Position numbers and translations under genes: made by a program. From Azolla caroliniana (lineage: Eukaryota > Plantae > Polypodiophyta): a stretch of DNA of 64,000 bases. Under the pieces are notes generated by a model. It made no database searches, was not told the DNA's origin, and saw nothing but the letters and a program-made list of their open reading frames with translations. Of this stretch, positions 26,378 through 39,157 are shown in pieces (position 1 is the stretch's first letter; every line of letters begins with the position of its first letter). The DNA lies in contig JBHGNT010000017.1 in the NCBI GenBank assembly GCA_043228905.1, forward strand, positions 15,190,001-15,254,000, read 5' to 3'.

Positions 26378-26826
26378 TGTTGAGCGGACAAGCTCAACCG
26401 GATCTGGATCGGCTAAATAAGCCGGAGCTAGATCGGTATTCGGAACGGAGAACTGGATAGGTATCCGGATCGGTGTCTGAAGCCAAGAGCCGGATCAGAT
26501 TGTAACCGGTATGCCATTAGAGGACTACAATCTTAGCCTAGTACGTAGGCATATTCCTTGGAGTTAGTGTCAATCGCTCGTATGAGCATTGAAGTACTTG
26601 TTAGTACTTCTGCTAGTCCTTTTAAGGACTTGTATAAAGGTGCTCACTGAGCACACTTGTATGTACAGAGTGTTATTATTTTGAATTGAGTTTATTCTTT
26701 TTTGTTCTCTCTCTATCTCTCCTATGTATTCTTTGTTTTGAAGCTTCCATTAAACCTATGCTTACTCCCTGTTGCTACTTGGTGAAGCCAGTTTCCTCTA
26801 TAAGCTTTCGCATGCTATTCTTTTCA
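26378..26826 (+). repeat. 5' LTR of I
   Basis: TGTTGAGCGGACAAG...CTTTTCA, then TGGTATCAAAGC. Confidence 0.92.
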
Positions 26827-26925
26827 TGGTATCAAAGCACAAGGGTTGAGAACCTCTGTTGCCGACAACTGCTCGAAATAGGCAAACCCTAATCACCGGT
26901 AAAGAACAAACCGGAAAGAAAAGAA

Positions 26926-29900
26926 ATGGAGCGAGGGATGGCAAGCTCGCTTCCGACAGAGAAGCTCAACAGAAACAACTATGCATCTTGGTCTTAGAAG
27001 ATGCACCAGTATCTACTTGGACATGGATACTGGAGCTATGTTGAGGGAGCGAATGAAGTAGCGCTGAATCTGGCACACAAGGAGTGTTGTATTGTCTTGT
27101 GTCCTGTGTGCACGACTAGATGCTCGACTATAGCAAGGACGAAAAAAAGAGAAAAGAAGCTTGGGAGAATCTGAAGAAGATTTTTGCGGCAAGCACAACG
27201 GCCCGAACGTTCTAGCTCTGATAAGAGCTCAACAATATCTAAGAGAGGGAAATGTCGGTTACTAACTACACCACCAAGATAAAGGAGATCTGCGACATGC
27301 TCGGTTCCATCAACGTGATGGTGGACGAAGACGAGATGGTCCAGATCTGCTTTGGTGGTTTAGCACAACGGTACGGGCCAATCAGGACAACCATTTGCAC
27401 CCGGGAGAAATGACCATCCTTCTTCGACCTGCAATCAATGCAGTTGCTTGAAGAAAACCATGTAAGTCGGTTGAGGACCACTCAATTGGGCAGCTGGATG
27501 CTATACATGGAGGCGGATCGGCCCCGTGGGCATGGAGGACGAGGTGGGTCGGCACACAATAGTGGTGGCCGGAAAGAGAAGAACGGAAGGCATAGAGATA
27601 GTGCCGACAATAGTTTCAAACCCTCAATAAGCAGGGGGAGTCAAAGTGGTGCTGGAAATCTACAAGGAAAGGTCAACACGGAATGCTGGTATTGTGGCAA
27701 GAAGGGCCATTGGGAAAGTGATTGTTGGAAGAAGCACACCGATTCGGATAAATCTGGATCCGGCAAGGTTGAACAAGGGAATCAGCAAGTTCTCACTACG
27801 CAAAAGGATCGGAAGGATCCGGAACTGAAAAGACCGGAAAAGGGCCAACCTTCGTTACGAAGCACAAAGCGAACTCGATGAAGAAGACCAGTTCCGGATC
27901 AGAGGAAGTGTGGTACGTTGAATCCGGAGCATCTAACCACATGACGAGCCACAAAGAGCGGTTCTCATATTTGGAAAAACTAGAGCAAACGGGAGTTGTC
28001 GAAACCGGAGACGACACTCGTCACACGATCATGCATATTAGAGAAGTTCCCTTGAGTCATGTCGGACAAAAAGGGAAGCTTATGAACGTGTTTCATGTCC
28101 CGACAATCATAAAGAACTTGGTGTCGGTCAGTCAGATTGTTGACCAGGGGATGCATGTGCGGTTTACGCACCTCGAGTGCTTCATCGACAAAGAGGGTCA
28201 GATCATCGTGGAAGGGCGCCAGGATGGGAGGATGTTTATCCTCAACACCAATGACGTTGGGACTGCTTTGTTTGCAAAAGGTCAAAAGGTTGACTCGGAT
28301 ATCCACTTGTGGCACAAGTGGATCAACCATGTCAATTATCAGAGTCTTCAAGAACTACAATCGAAATAGGTTGTATTTGGATTGCCGAAATTCAGTGGCC
28401 GGAAGGTTCAAATTTGTGAAGCCTGCCAGCTCGGGAAGCAACACCGGCTTCCATTCCCCACGGAAAAAAACCAAAGCCGTAAAAAGCTCAACTTGATACA
28501 TTAGGATGTATGGAGACCGGCACATAATGTTAGTCTTGTTGGGAGCCGATATTTCTTCTTCTTCATCGACGACTACAACCAACACACGTGGATCTATCTC
28601 ATTGAGAAGAAAAGCGAAGTCTTCGACTGTTTCCAGAATCTACAAAGTCTTGTCGAATGGGAAATGGAGAGAAAGATCAAGTGTCTACGGTCGGATGGTG
28701 GAAAAGAATACTTTTCTGGCCAATTCAACACTTATTTGCAGTAGAAAGGAATTCAGAGGGAATTCAGCTGCCGATACACATCGGAACAAAACGGTGTGGC
28801 CGAAAGGAAGAACTAGTTGATCGTCGAGGTGGTACGGACAATGCTGGAAGGGAAGAGCATGCCCAACTTCTACTGGGCCAAAGCGGTCCGGATGGCCATT
28901 TACATCCAAAACCAGATCGGGGATGAGGTGTCAGCACACGAGCTGTATTTCGGGTGGAAGCCGAATTTAAGGCACATTAAGATATTTGGTAGCATTGCCT
29001 ATGTGCAGTGCCGGATGAGAAGAGGAGGAAGTTGAACCCGAAGTCGGAGAAATGCATATTGGTTAGCTATTCACACGAACAGAAGGGTTATAAGTGTTAT
29101 AACCCCTGGACAAAGCAAGTTCGAGTAAACCAAGATGTTAAGTTTGATGAGTCGGCATCATGGTATTCCTTACCATCTCTGACTCTGACCTGATTCCGGA
29201 AGATGAGGCTAGTGAGCCGGAAACAATCTGGGCAGAAGAAGAAGACTTCGGTACAATAGATGAGAGTTCGATTTCATTTTGGCTAAGCGGGCCGAACGAA
29301 CGATTGAGTCAAAATGACCAGTCCGATGATGAGCCGGTGAGTAGCGGAGACTCAGCCGTGCTTTCCCCACGCAAGGAACCGAGGAGACGGTCAATGCGCA
29401 AAGACAAAGGGAAGAAGATGCCGAAATATGACACCGACAGAGACGAGTTGGATTGGAGGGAATATGACTCTGGAAAGAACGAAGACGGACCTTCGAAGAC
29501 AAAGTCCAAGCCGACCAAGAGGGCCTTGAAATCGTCTAACGAGAAGGTATGTTGATCAACCCGCTAGAAGAATCCCGTAAAGAGGTACAAATATAATGAG
29601 TACATGGCGCATCACTATGCGTACATGAAGAAAGTGGCGGAAGTGCGTGAGCCGGAGAGCTACACCGAAGCAGCCAAGGATGCACATTGCCGTGCTGCTA
29701 TGGAGGACGAGATGCGGGCACTTGATGCTAACTACACATGGGACCTAGTTGACCCTCCCCGACATTGCAAACTGATCGGTTGCAAGTGGGTGTACAAGGT
29801 GAAGTACAATGCTGATAGTTCGGTCAACCGATACAAGGCTCGGTTAGTGGCCAAGAGATACGCGCAGACCCATGGAATTGATTATGATGAGACCCTCGCT

Positions 29901-32076
29901 CCGGTACCGAAGGTGATGATGGTTCGTGTGGTGCTGGCGGTTGTTCGGCAAGGGGATGGCATCTTCACCAAATGGACATGAAGATTGTATTAGGAAGCAG
30001 GTCCCTCCGGATGGGAAGTAAGAAGAACCGTGTTGATGAGCAACGGCCGAGGCCGAAACCGGAAATCGTGGAGATAGCCAACACGGAAGGGCTAAACTTG
30101 TAAATAGTCGGAAGGTTACATTGGTATATAAGTACTTAGGGCAATCATGCTATGTGTGTGTAGTATTGTAAAGTTACTATTGTTGAGATCGTGGTCTCTG
30201 TAACGGTGAGAGTGAAGGAGTGTGAGTGGAAGCGTGTGAGCTCCATAGCCGCCTGTTGGTGAAGTAGGATCTCGAGGTCGTTGCCTCTGAGATCTCTGAT
30301 TGTATTTCTTTCTCTCATAGTGTTCTGTTTCGGAGTTTGTGGACTCCACGTGGTTTTTTCCCAGTTCGGGTTTCCGCGTTAAAATTTGTGTCATTCTCAG
30401 TTTCTGTATTCTGATTTTCCTCTCCATTAGATTGACTATTATTCCGCACACGCAAACCGGTTGTGGCCGGCAACGATTTTAACTACAGAATGTGTTTCTT
30501 CAAGGTGATCTTGAAGAACAACTCTACGTGATCCAACCCCCCGGATTTCAGTCGGAGATGAACAAGTCGGCAGTGTGCTATCTCAAGAAGTCACTTTACA
30601 GCTTGAAGCAAGCCCCCCCATGCTTTGAATTCGAAGATCAAGCACCTTTTGCATAAGATGGGGTTTGCGGGCTCGAAGTCCGAATCTTCGTTGTTCATCC
30701 GGAAGGGTCGGAAAGATCCTGTATTCATTTTGCTGTATGTTGACTAGACCGAACCTCCTTGAAATTGGCCACGTGAAGTCCTAGTTGTCAGACGCATTCG
30801 AAATGAAGGAACTAGGGGACCTTCATTATTTCCTTGGGACCAAGGTGATCCATACCCCTGAAGGCATATTGCTCTCACAGTGACATGATGTACTAAATAT
30901 GTTGTACAAGTTCGGCATGACCGATTGTCGACTGCTCTTGACAACCCTAGATCGGAACCTGAAGCTTCGTCCCGACTTCCGACCGACCTGCAATGACAAA
31001 CGATTCTGACAAATTGTCATAAGCCTAATATACCTTACCATCACCCGACCAACATCAGCTATCCGGTCGGGATGATAAGTCAGTTTATGTAGAAGCCAAA
31101 CGAGGAACACCTTAAGTGCACGCATCAAATACTCAGGTATGTTAGCAGCACTGCGGACCGGGGATTGTTATACTGACACGGTATAACCGAGAAGCTAGTT
31201 AGTTATACATATGCCGATTGGCTGTCGAATCATCGGTTCACTTATGGTTACATGTTCTATCTAGGTAGCGCTGTTGTTGCGTGGAGCAGCAAAAAGCAAC
31301 CGATTGTGGCTCTATCGAACACTAATGTCGAGTATCGGGGTACTACCATCGCCACCTGTGAAGCCATATGGCTTCGGCGGCTGCTGCAAGACCTCCGGAT
31401 CAAAGTACCAACTCTTATCCTGATCTACTACGACAACATGAGCAATATGAAGCTAGCCAAGAACCCTATGTTCCATGCTCGGACGAAGCACATAGAAGTG
31501 CATTATGACTTTGTGCGCGAGCGGGTTCTCAACGACAAAGTCGAACTTTGGTATATCCGGATGGATCAACAGGCTTTTGACATATTCACCAAGGCACTCA
31601 GAACCGACAAGTTGCAACATTTTTCGGAGATGCTTGGTCTTCGGCATCTCGACATGCCGCACTTGGGGGGCAGACAGGAAACCGGGAAAACAGGAAATGG
31701 CACCGGACAAGCATCCAGAGAGAAGGAAACAAACGAAGCAGGGGGAGACAAGAAGAAAAAGGAAGTTGAGTCGATTGAAGAAGGTTGCACATCTGAAAGA
31801 GTCGGAACGAGCGGCGGCGGTGGAAGAGTCAAGAAGGATAGAGCCGATCGGAAGGTGAAGGCCAAGACTGGGATGTGGTCTGATGTTGTGAAGGGCCTCA
31901 AGATTGAGGAAGAATTGGAGATAGCCAATTCGGATAAGAGTTGGAACGAATCGGAGGCACCCAATTTGGAAGAGGTGTTCGATTTGAAGGAACTGGATCA
32001 ATTGAAGGCCAAACGGACGAGGAGGCAGCTAAGGTCGACACCAACGGGTCAAGAAGCGCTGGAGTCGCAACAGTGA
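26926..32076 (+). pseudogene. Copia gag-pol of I (interrupted at 29986-30487)
   Basis: [41 protein letters not shown], in-frame C-terminal extension. Confidence 0.9.
29986..30487 (+). mobile_element. Solo LTR, family H-like, in the RT of I
   Basis: TGTA...TACA termini, CCCTCCGGATGGG motif; interrupts QMDMKN|VFLQGDL. TSD is degenerate, so ends are uncertain by 1 bp. Confidence 0.8.
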
Positions 32077-32272
32077 AGGAGCTGAGTTGGGCCTTATGAG
32101 TAGACAAGTCGATCGAGAAGGTCGTGCTGTGCAGGACCGGGTGGGTCATGGAAAGCGGAACTGGACGGGTCTAGGATTGCCAACAAGGCGAGAAGACGCT
32201 AGAAGAAGTTGACTGCAAGGCTTGGTAGACACGAACTCAGCAATCCGACCTCAAGTGGAGCTTGAGGGGGAG

Positions 32273-32459
32273 TGTTGAGCGGACAAGCTCAACCGGATCC
32301 GGATCGGCTGAATAAGGCGGAGCTGGATCGGTATCCGGAATGAAGAAGTGGATAGGTATCCGGATCGGTGTCCGGAACCAAGAGCCGGATCGTATTGTAA
32401 CTGGTATGCCGTTAGAGGCCTACAATCGTAGCCTAGTACGTAGGCATATTCCTTGTAGT
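32273..32459 (+). repeat. First part of the 3' LTR of I
   Basis: Matches 26378-26564. Confidence 0.9.
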
Positions 32460-32798
32460 TGTTGGGAATTTAGGTCCATTCGGATGGGATCCGGACGAGC
32501 TGAATCAAACGAGACGAAGGAAGGAACCAGACCGGATGGACCCGGAAGGTATCCAGATACCTGATTGGATGGATCTGAAAGGAGTCCGACCGGATGCGGT
32601 ATGAACCAAGAAATAGGAACATATTAGTAAATATGTTTAGATATGACCGTTGAGGTTATATTTGTAGATAGCCCTAAAGTTATATAAGTATAAATATAAC
32701 TAGGGCAATAATGTTCATTATGAGGGTTGTTATCATTATTGTTGTATATAGAGAGAGAGAGACACACACACACATAGAAAGCTCTCTGTTGTAACCGT

Positions 32799-34157
32799 TG
32801 TCGTGTGAGTCTTCTCACACTATGTAAAAAGTAATGAAATAATTATTATAGATTAGATTAGTAGCTTCCTATAGAAAGATGGATATACTTAAGAGCTTCA
32901 AAACGTATTTTACTATATACAAAATGGAGAAATACATATCAAGTTATGTCAAAATAAAGTTTGAGAAGATTGGGAAATTAGAACTATCCCACATAGATAG
33001 GAAAGTTAAGGCCCTGGCTATATAAGCACCTTGAGCTCCATCATTTTTCATTTGTGCTAAGAGCACTTTGGTCACTTTGTCTTGATGGATGATGGTGGCC
33101 AAATTCCCTAAAACCGGAAACCGGCCGGTAAGCAAATTCGGAAACTGGCCGGTAAGCAAATTTGGAAAATGGAGCCGGTAAGCAAATCCGGAAACCGGCC
33201 GGTATGTAAAACTGGAACTGGAACTGGAACCGGCAAGCAAAACCGGAACCGAGCGGTAAGCAAAACTGGAATCGGAACCGGTATGCAAAACTGGAACCGA
33301 TCGGTAAGCAAATTTGGAAACCGGCCGGTATGCAAAACCGGAACCGGAAACCGACCGGCAAGCAAAACCGGTATCGACCGGTAAGCAAAATTGGAACCGG
33401 AACTGGTATGCAAACTGGAACCGACCGGCAAGCAAACCGGAACCGTAACCGGAACCGGCCGGCGAGGGATTCGGCGATCGGGCGGAACAGGCGACCGTAC
33501 GAGGTTGGACGCAAATCGAACGGATAAAAGGATCATGTGGCTATTTAAAGAAAGGTAAAAGAGACTAAAGTAAAGGTCAAGTGGACGGTCGCATGCAACT
33601 AAAGAAAAAGCCATGCAACTAAAAATAGATTCAATGAAAAGAAAAGCTATGCAACTAAAAGTAGAAGCCATGCAACAAAAAGTGGAGGCATATGATCAAC
33701 GAGGAACTCCATATATAATTCCATTTTTTTTTCCTACACTAGGAGGCACTCTCCATATTATCTTAATTTTTTTTCTTTTCTTTAGGAGCTCTCTTATATT
33801 ATCGAAGCCAATAACCCTAATCTTCCCTACGGAAGCTATCTCTCAAGTAAACCATAATTTCCATACAGAAGCAATCTCTCAAAATCCAAAATTCCTTGTC
33901 AAAGCCATATCACTCAAGAATCATAATCTCTTATTTCCTCTAATTTGTTATTCTAATCATCTCCATAAGATAAAACTTTTGTAATCCCAATCTTGGGATT
34001 GATTGTAATCTTTCTTTCCCTTTTATTAATGAAATTTGTTAATCTTTCTCATTTCGGTTAATTCTTAGTACATAAATACACGAATTTGATATCCTCTAGA
34101 CAAAGGCCCCGGGGTCTTGCCTCAACGTTCATGTATTCTAGTCGTATTTTCGCGAAA
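32799..34157 (+). mobile_element. LTR of family F (solo, probably recombinant)
   Basis: TGTCGTG start, GTCGTATTTTCGCGAAA end; inverse homologue of 43210-44158. Strand inferred from a TATA plus CT-rich tract. Confidence 0.75.
33110..33462. repeat. CCGG-rich minisatellite (AAACCGGAAACCGGCCGGTAAGCA-like units) in the F LTR
   Basis: About 12 degenerate 25-33 bp units; much shorter in the other F copy. Confidence 0.85.
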
Positions 34158-35046
34158 CCATCACAGCCAGATTCCTTTACGAGCACATCTGGTGCCGGTT
34201 CGGCTGTCCGATTGAGCTTATCAGTGACCAGGGGAGCCACTTTCTCAATACGGTTGTTCGAGAATTAACACATCATTATGTCATAGTCCATAAGAAGAGT
34301 ACGCCATATTATTCGCAGGCGAATGGATTAGCAGAATCCACCAACAAGACGTTGTAGACCATTTTGAAGAAAATCGTCAATGAAAATAGAACGGATTGGG
34401 ATACCAAACTATAGAGTGCGTTATGGGCGTACAGAACCAGCTACAAAACAAGCATACAGTCAACACCGTTTCGACTAGCGTTTGGGCTAGAGGCTGTGAT
34501 GCCGGTCGAATTTCAGGTACCTAGTTTGCGAATTCAAGTACGGAACCGACTATCAGAAGCCAAGTTGGAGGAGGTACGGCTCCACCAACTCCTCGAACTA
34601 GGGGAAAAACGCGTCCACAACATGGCTGTGTTGGAATAGGAACAACGACGGCGTAAAGCGTTTGTGGATCGACATCGAAACGCAAGGGAAAAGGAGTTTG
34701 CCGTGGGTCGAGCAGTGCTGGTTTTCCAAACTCGCATGGGCCATATGCTGGACCGGCCCATACTGGATAACTGGAGCGGAACAAGGCACGTTCCAACTAG
34801 GTACGTTGGCCGGGGAAGTAGTCCGGCAAAAGGTGAATGGGTTTCGGCTCAAACCTTACCTGGGCCCTACGCCACTTAACCCATTCACCGTCGAACAGGA
34901 CAGAGCCGGAGAACCCGCACCGTAAATGAGCGGCCCCACTTGTACCATAATGTAAAAATAGGTTGTAGATAACCGTTACGAAAAAAAAAGAAACAAAAAG
35001 AAAAGAAGAAGAAGGGGAGAAGATAGCAACTATTAAAATGACTAAA

Positions 35047-35586
35047 GACGCGGCCCAACAACACAGGAGACACGAGTTGGGAACACTAGCGTATGTATAT
35101 AAATGTATGCAGACGACTCGAATGGTTACAGCTGATCAGGTCGGCGAGATGGATGCCGTCGCCTGATCACCCACGCACACAGGAGAGCAAGATGGAGATT
35201 CTACCGGAAGCACACGGGCGTTCCACGGAGCAGAATCAGCCTCCTGAGAACCTGCGCAAAAGAAAGCTACGGAGAACGACAGAGAAGAAGAGCTCGGTCT
35301 CAGTCCGACAACACTTCGTTCCTTCTAGTACGTGATATCTTTTCTCCCCCCGTCTCCCTCTCTTTTATAGCTCAAGGAGGGAGGCCGTTTCACCCATTTA
35401 CATCACATTAATTCTTTGTCCTTTCGGACAGAGATACTCCTCGATTTCCCTTATAGAATATTGCTACCTAGGATTTAACCTTTGTGCCTACCTATCTACT
35501 ATACGACAAGGGACGTGGCCACGTGTAAGGGCCGGTTCACACGCACTATACACGGTTTGCGCCTGGGGACAGTTTTCTTCACGACA
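35047..35586 (-). repeat. 3' LTR of L (terminal ~130 bp deleted)
   Basis: Near-identical to 41450-41989. Confidence 0.92.
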
Positions 35587-35662
35587 TCCACCCCCACCAA
35601 ACCGCGCATCCACCGGTATGCGCCAAAATTGGGTTCCTATGGGAGAAAACCGATCCTTGCTT

Positions 35663-38600
35663 TTATTCCTTGTTTACCGGTTCATCCTCCGCCTCGGGCT
35701 GCTCGTCGTCGCTGTCCATGCCCCCTAGCCCCGGCTCCCGATCGTGTCGTTTCTTGAACGCTTTGATCCTCTTCCCAGCTACTGGTATCGCCATTCTCGT
35801 ACCGTGAAGCTCCGCGAGATGGTACGTCCCATTGCCGTTGGCCCCTGTTACTACGTAAGGCCCGAACCACCTCCTTGCAAACTTCCGCGTGGCCCTGTGC
35901 TGATTGTCGAGGCTACTGTCGTAGACTAGCACCCAGTCGCCTTCCTCGATCTTCCTTGACCTGAACTGGTGTGTTCGGTCGAACCGGGCTTTGTTCCTTA
36001 TCCTTGCTACCCGAAGTTTCTCTGCGGCTTGCTCTACGTCCTCCGGCCTCCGCTCGAGCTGTCGAATTCGCGCCGCCAATAGTTCCTCCCATCTCATCTC
36101 ATCCTTCCAGTCCACTGTGGCCCACGAGGAGATCGTTCGCTCTGTTGGCATGATCGGCTTCTGTCCGAACATCAGCTCAGCCGGCATGAACCCGGTTACC
36201 GAACTGTGCGTAGTCCGGTCCGCCCACAAGGCATAAGGTAGCAGCCGTGGCTAGTCCCCGACTCGGCCTCCACACGCCCGTACTAGTGCTTTGACAATTG
36301 GCCTGTGTCCGCGCTCCACCTTCCCGTTCGCCTCCGGATTGTACGCTGTGGTGAGCGAAAGTTTGACTCCTAGCCGGTCGAACAACTCTTCGGCCTCTTC
36401 TGCGTCCAACTCACCACGGTCAGTCACGATCTTCCCTACGCACCCATATCGGCATACTACGTCCTCAATCAAAAACCGGCACACGGTTGCCGTCGTCTTG
36501 TTCTGCAGGGCGCGACCTTCAACCTGGTTCGTTAGATCTTCCCGAGCCAGCACCAGATACCACATCTGTCCTACCCCCATTGGCATTGTCACCAAATCCA
36601 CCATCCACTTGAAGTGGACGGTCGGAGGGTAGGTCGGGTGAAGCTCGTCCCGATGTCGGATCATGGAGTGCACCTGACAGCTTTCGCAAGTCGTCATGAA
36701 CCGATGCACGTCCCGGTATAGTCCCGACCACCAGTACTTCCCCTTTAGCTTTTCGAACGTGGCCCATGTTCCACGGTGTCCAGCCCACGGGCTATCGTGG
36801 TACGCTGCCAGCAAATCCTCCTGTTCCTCCTTCTTCGCCACCACTTGGAGCGGGATGTCGTTCCTCTTCTTCGGGTGCTTCCATATGTATCCGTCCCGAA
36901 GAAAGAATCGGTAGTCTTTCTTCCGAATCCGGTTGGCCTCGTCCGTTGTCCATGCCACGTCCGGTGTCATCGTTTTTAGGAACCCGCCGATCTGCAACCA
37001 CTCCCCGTCGTACTTCCTCTCGTCGAAATCGTTAAGCGTTGGAGAGCATTCCCTGCCGGTTGTTACGTAAGCCGCCTCAAAGAAGTCCACGCCGACTTCC
37101 TCGTCCTCTGAAACCATGCTGCCCTCATTTTCGAATCTCGCCCTTGAAAGCATGTCGGCCATGGCATTGTCTTTCTCGGAAATGTGTCGTATTTCTGGAT
37201 TCAGGGACTTGATATACGCTATCCACCTGAGTATTGCCAGGTCCGGCGTCGTGCATCCGGAAACCATGCCAAGGATTGGCAGGTAGTCCGTCTCAATAAT
37301 TACCTCTGTCCCGATCAGGTAGTCTTTATCGGCCTTTACCGCCGAAACGATACCCCAGAGCTCGCGTTTAACCTGGGCGTATCCTCGCTGTCACTCGCTG
37401 AGGACCTTCACGCCGAACCGGATCGGGGAACGCATGCTGTCCTCGTCCTCTTGGTTGATGACCCATCCGATCCCAGTCGGACTCGTGTCTACCGTTACGT
37501 AAATTGGAGTGCTCTTTCCGTAGACAGCCTTTCGGAGCGCCGGAGCTGCGGCAAGCACTTCCTTCATCTTCCGGACAGACTCCGTATGCTCGTCTCTCCA
37601 CTCGCAATTTCGCCCCTTTTTCAGCAACCCGTATAACGGCTCCGTGACGTGAGCGTAATGCGGGATCCATATGTGGTAGAATGCGCACGCTCCCAAGAAC
37701 CTCCGAACCTCCGTGACCGAGCTACATTCATTCTTCATCGCGGAGATGGCTTCTATCTTAGCCGGAGACGGTTTCCGGCCGTACGGCCCGCATAGGTGTC
37801 CGACGACCATGATCTCTGTTTGCCCGAAGGCCGACTTTCCCCCGGAGAAGGTGAGCCTCGCGCCCTCCAACCTCTGCAGCACCTTCTCGCAATCATCGAT
37901 GTGCGTCGCCACGAATTTCCGGCATCCGTCCGGTCCGATCGTCTCGTCCTTTTCCTCCACCGGGCATCCCTTGATCGGGACGTCGTCCTAAAACGGCATG
38001 GTGATGTCCGGGATACAATCCCTCAACACTTTTTTCATTGCGTTCACCATGTGAGCCACCGAGTTCGTCCCTCCTTGCGGCAGGGTACACATCCGTACTA
38101 GGCTGAGAGGAGTTCGCATTGTCGTGATGTCTCTGCTCTCTATGGCAAGCTGGAACTGATCGTACCCCGAGTAGAGATCACCGACCGAGTAAATCGATCT
38201 TCCGGCGAAGGCCTCCGCGAACTCGTCTATTGTCGGTCCGATTCCTGCGTTTCGAATGGTCAGCTTGTTGATCGGTTGCAGGTCTTTAATAAAGCGCAGC
38301 GTGCCATCCTTCTTCGGCACAGTAAACCACCGGTTCGAATATGGGGCACTCGACGGTTTGAGGATTCCTATCTCGACCTTCTGCTTTAACAACTCCATCA
38401 GCTTCGGGATGTGGGCTCTGGGTACTGGAATTGGTTTGAGACTCCATGGCACATGCGGTACCGTGAATATCACCATCGGTTCCATGACTGTCGGGTCTAC
38501 GCACCCGATCTCCTCCAGTGAGAATGCGAAAGCCTTCCCGTGCCTCCCGAGCATTTCCAGAAAACGGTCCTCTTCCGCCAGCAGTAGGAAGCCACCCCCA

Positions 38601-39151
38601 CTGATTTTGAGCTCGCGCAGCGTTATGTCGGTGAACGTGTGTCCTATGCGGGCCGGATTTCGTAAACTCGGGTCCGACGCAACCCCCTTTATTCGCAACT
38701 CGCTGCCCTCCAGCAAGGGAGCCGCGACTGGCCTCACCTTCCGGTCCACAGTCTTGTACCTCCTGTCCACCCGGGCCGTCCGATCCGACTCGAGCCCTCT
38801 ACTGAAGTCCGCGATAAGTTCGTACATCTTTTCCGAACATACCGGAATCGTCCGGTCCTCTTTAAGGACCCCTCCGACTACCTGTCGCAACTCCCCCAAG
38901 GTATCGACGAAAGAGACTGCCTCCACGGCTCCGTTGATTTCCTCTCCAAGGCCGAGGATACCACATGCCCGAAGTTGCTCCTCCGCCCTTTTCTTCTTCT
39001 TGCCAACAACGTCGACTATCGTACACCCTCCGTTGTCGGAGAACCAAAATTTCCTACTTATAGTACAGGTCTTCTTCGCTATCGTACACTTGTGGGGTTT
39101 TCCCGGAGTGCCCGGACTATCGCGGCCCCACGCCTTGATAGCCCTCTCTAA
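35663..39151 (-). pseudogene. RT-RNase H-integrase of L (one frame, nonsense stops only)
   Basis: ORFs starting at 38926, 37960, 37267 and 36229 share a frame. DLYSGYDQ, LPQGGTNS, F*DD, VDTSPTGIG, HHCC, WFGPY. Confidence 0.93.
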
Positions 39152-39157
39152 AAATCC
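39092..39157 (-). promoter_or_regulatory. Putative -1 ribosomal frameshift signal with pseudoknot
   Basis: G GAT TTT TAG, 6-nt spacer, stem GGGCTATC/GATAGTCC, loop GTGGGG pairing with downstream CCCCAC; pol lies in the -1 frame. Confidence 0.7.

Noticed and set aside
32944-33671. ORFs of 157-187 aa
   Set aside because: Translations of a stop-poor CCGG minisatellite.
32795-34161. CCGT/CCAT as a true TSD of the F LTR
   Set aside because: The flanks come from different host elements, so the likeness reflects similar target sites rather than one insertion.
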